Positions 59,601-62,600 of a stretch of DNA of 64,000 nucleotides are shown here, piece after piece. This DNA is from Elusimicrobiota bacterium (lineage in GTDB: Bacteria; CG03; SLGR01; JBDRKX01). Every line of letters begins with the position of its first letter. Position 1 is the stretch's first letter. The notes under the pieces were generated by a model that saw nothing but the letters and a program-made list of their open reading frames with translations, made no database searches and was not told where the DNA came from. The position numbers were made by a program, and so were the translations under genes. The stretch spans positions 77,164 through 141,163 of the forward strand of contig JBDRKX010000047.1 of assembly GCA_043813605.1 (NCBI GenBank). Direction: 5' to 3'.

Positions 59601-62600
59601 TTAATTGAAACTCCAGCTCGTCCCACTGCTCAAACCACCATTTTTCTTCCTCAGGATCAAGAAGTTCCTCAAAAGAGACGGAATAACTCCATCTAAGGAG
59701 CCTCAGAAGATTCTTCTTGCTATCGCCCAGATCACGGTAAGCTGAATCCAGGTTGAAGATGGATCCCGCGCGCCCGATTATCTTGAACCGCTGTTCATCG
59801 AGGTTAGGGTCTCCTTCTCTGAAAAGAAAGATAGCTGCATCCAATACCTGGAGAGGGAAGACATATTTACCCGCGGATTCGGTCCAGTTCACCGCCTGTA
59901 CAAAAGCCGCATCGTTGATCCAGTTATCAAGATATTTTTCTACATCCTCATATGACCCGCTTACTTTACCCAGTTCCTGTAAACGCAGTATCCTGGAAGC
60001 CATACCTATCCGCTGCTCATCCGACATCCTGGGCATCATGGCCTCAAGGGCCTGGCGGTCAACGCCGGTTTCCTTCAGGGCTCTTCTCTCTTTCATTTTC
60101 TTATAGAATTCCGCAGGACCGTCTTTAAGTACTTCTCTCAGCATCCTCAAAGGCGTCTTTACATAATCGCCGATTGTCTCTATCTCAAATAAGGATTCTC
60201 CCAGTATAACACCTATCTCTTGCTCCATGCGAGGCAGCAGTTTACTAGACATGTATTTCTGTATCATGCCGTCATATTTAAATATGCGCGCGACTTCATC
60301 GGGTGTCCTCGCTTCATCTCTTATCAGCTTCAGGTAAGGAGATATCTCTCCTTCCTGCAGGAGAACAGGCGCTCCCCTGGAATCCTTGTGGTAGACAGAA
60401 TAGACCGCTTGAAGGAACATCTCGTTATAAGTCTCCGATACGAGAGCCTCCGCATCATAACCCATCTGGGGCATATACTGGACAGCGCGGGATACAGCCT
60501 CTTTAATATCCACATCCCTGTCAACGAGTCCTTTATCATAGCCCCTGGCCGGGTCTCCGCTGACAGCCGCAAACATATTCTCGGCGTCCGACTGATCCAT
60601 CCATGGGGGCCGGCTTGCAGCGTTGTTCTTGAATTCTTCCAGTTTTTTGACAAGTTTTACCCCGGCTTTTTCGTGACGCTCAACAGCTACCGCTATATTA
60701 TTCACTATCTCAATAAGCATTTCCCTGTATGAACGGCCGGAATAGTATCTCTTAAACTCATCGGACAAAGGCTGTTCAGGAACAAGGTCGTTCACCATAC
60801 GGTAAAGGTATCCGTCCTGACCGGAAGCTATCTCTATACCCGCTGCCGAAGCTGTCCTCTGTATAAGTATGAGATCGCCCAGCGTGCTGGTTATCTCTTC
60901 CGGCGTGAGCTTGACTTTTCCGTTCAGGCGCTCCAGCGTCATGACCATACCGCTGATCTCTCCCCACTGTTTTTTACTCCTCAGTTTATCCCTTGTATTG
61001 AAATCGAATTTCATCGGCCGGCCGATCAGTTCAAAGTATGTCTCCAGGGCCTTTATGTTATTTTGAGACGTATTCTCTATGTTTATAAGATGCGCGGCTA
61101 CCTGTTCATCGGTCCAGTCTTCACGCAGCCAGTCCGTTGCAATAGCTGACAGGAACCCCTGGCCTTCCGAGTCCAGCCAGTTAATACTGTCCTTTTCCGA
61201 TAGTCTGCCCTGCAAACGGAATACTCTCTGGGCTTCTTTTATATCTTTAAGCCTTACCACTTTCCCCATAAACTTTTCAAAAGCTGTCTTCAGTTCTGCT
61301 ATTTTTTCTTCGGGAGTATCTCTCGGATCTATCTCCATATCCCTCAGAAACTGGCTCGCCCAGAACATCCCGGTAGCAAGTATAACGCTGCATCTCGCTT
61401 TCTCCGATTCGATCTCTATCTGGTTGACCAGTATAGCCTTATCTCCTAACGGGTGGCCGCCCTTATATACCCAGCGTATCATCAACCTTAAAAATTCCGA
61501 TTCCGGCAACTGAGCGAGATCCGCGACAGAAGCATCTGCGGCAAAGTTCCTTATCACCGGTATAAACGGTTCAATAATAGACAGGTAAGAATCTATATGT
61601 TCCGGCTTCAGCCCGTACGCCATGGCATAAGCTGTAAGAGCGCGGTACATCCCTTCTATCTGAAGGTTGCCGAATTTCACGAGCTTATCATCTGATAACT
61701 CATTCGCTATAAAAGGGATCGCGCCCAGTATCCGGTTAACTGACTTGTGTATATTATCCCTGTAATCCATTGCCCATCCTTCAGGCAGAGACTGAAGCAT
61801 CAGCCTGTTCCATGTAGTAGACCTGGAAGCCAGCCACCGTATATACTCTTCCTGCTGCTCTTTTGAAATGGGAGCATCATTATGTCTCTCGGTAACCGCT
61901 GTCCTTATCATCTTCATATCAGTATCCATGCGCTCTCCGAGCCATTTCTGCTGTTCTTCGGGTGTAAGAGCGCGGCCGGGTTCCGGTACATATTTATTTT
62001 CTATAACCTCGGTTATAGTGCCGTCTGCCGCGACTTTCTTTACCATTTTCAGATCTTTTATCTCCAGGGCATAAAAGAGAGCGATACCTATTTTCTTGGT
62101 TATGTTCCTGTCTGATACCTCACCTATATCGGTGATAAACTGGAGCGACTGGTAATAAGGAAAAAGCCTGTTGAAAACAGGGTCTATATAGAGTGAATAC
62201 ATATTTGAGAGCGCCCTCGGATCAGTTACATCTTTCAACTCGTTAAATACGACAGGGGCGAGTTTTGCGAACCACTCCATTATTTCAGGATCGTCAAACA
62301 TATATGATCTCTGAAGGTCCTGAAAGAATCTTGCCCAGTCGTCTCTATTCAGTTCATAATCATCGGTAGCGCCTATACCTGTCTGGTTTAGAAACTTATC
62401 CGAATTCTGTTTGATATAGTATGGCCCGTCGTAAGGAAGATGTTCGAAAGGAACGGCTATATCTTCGCCTTTTTTTGCGGGAGCCGGTATTTTTGATACG
62501 GATCTAAGCGGCACGGGATCAGTCAGCGGGATCTTATCCCATTTCTCTTTCTGCAGTCTCATAAGATCCTGCCACTCCTTAGGAGGCTCTATACTTTTTT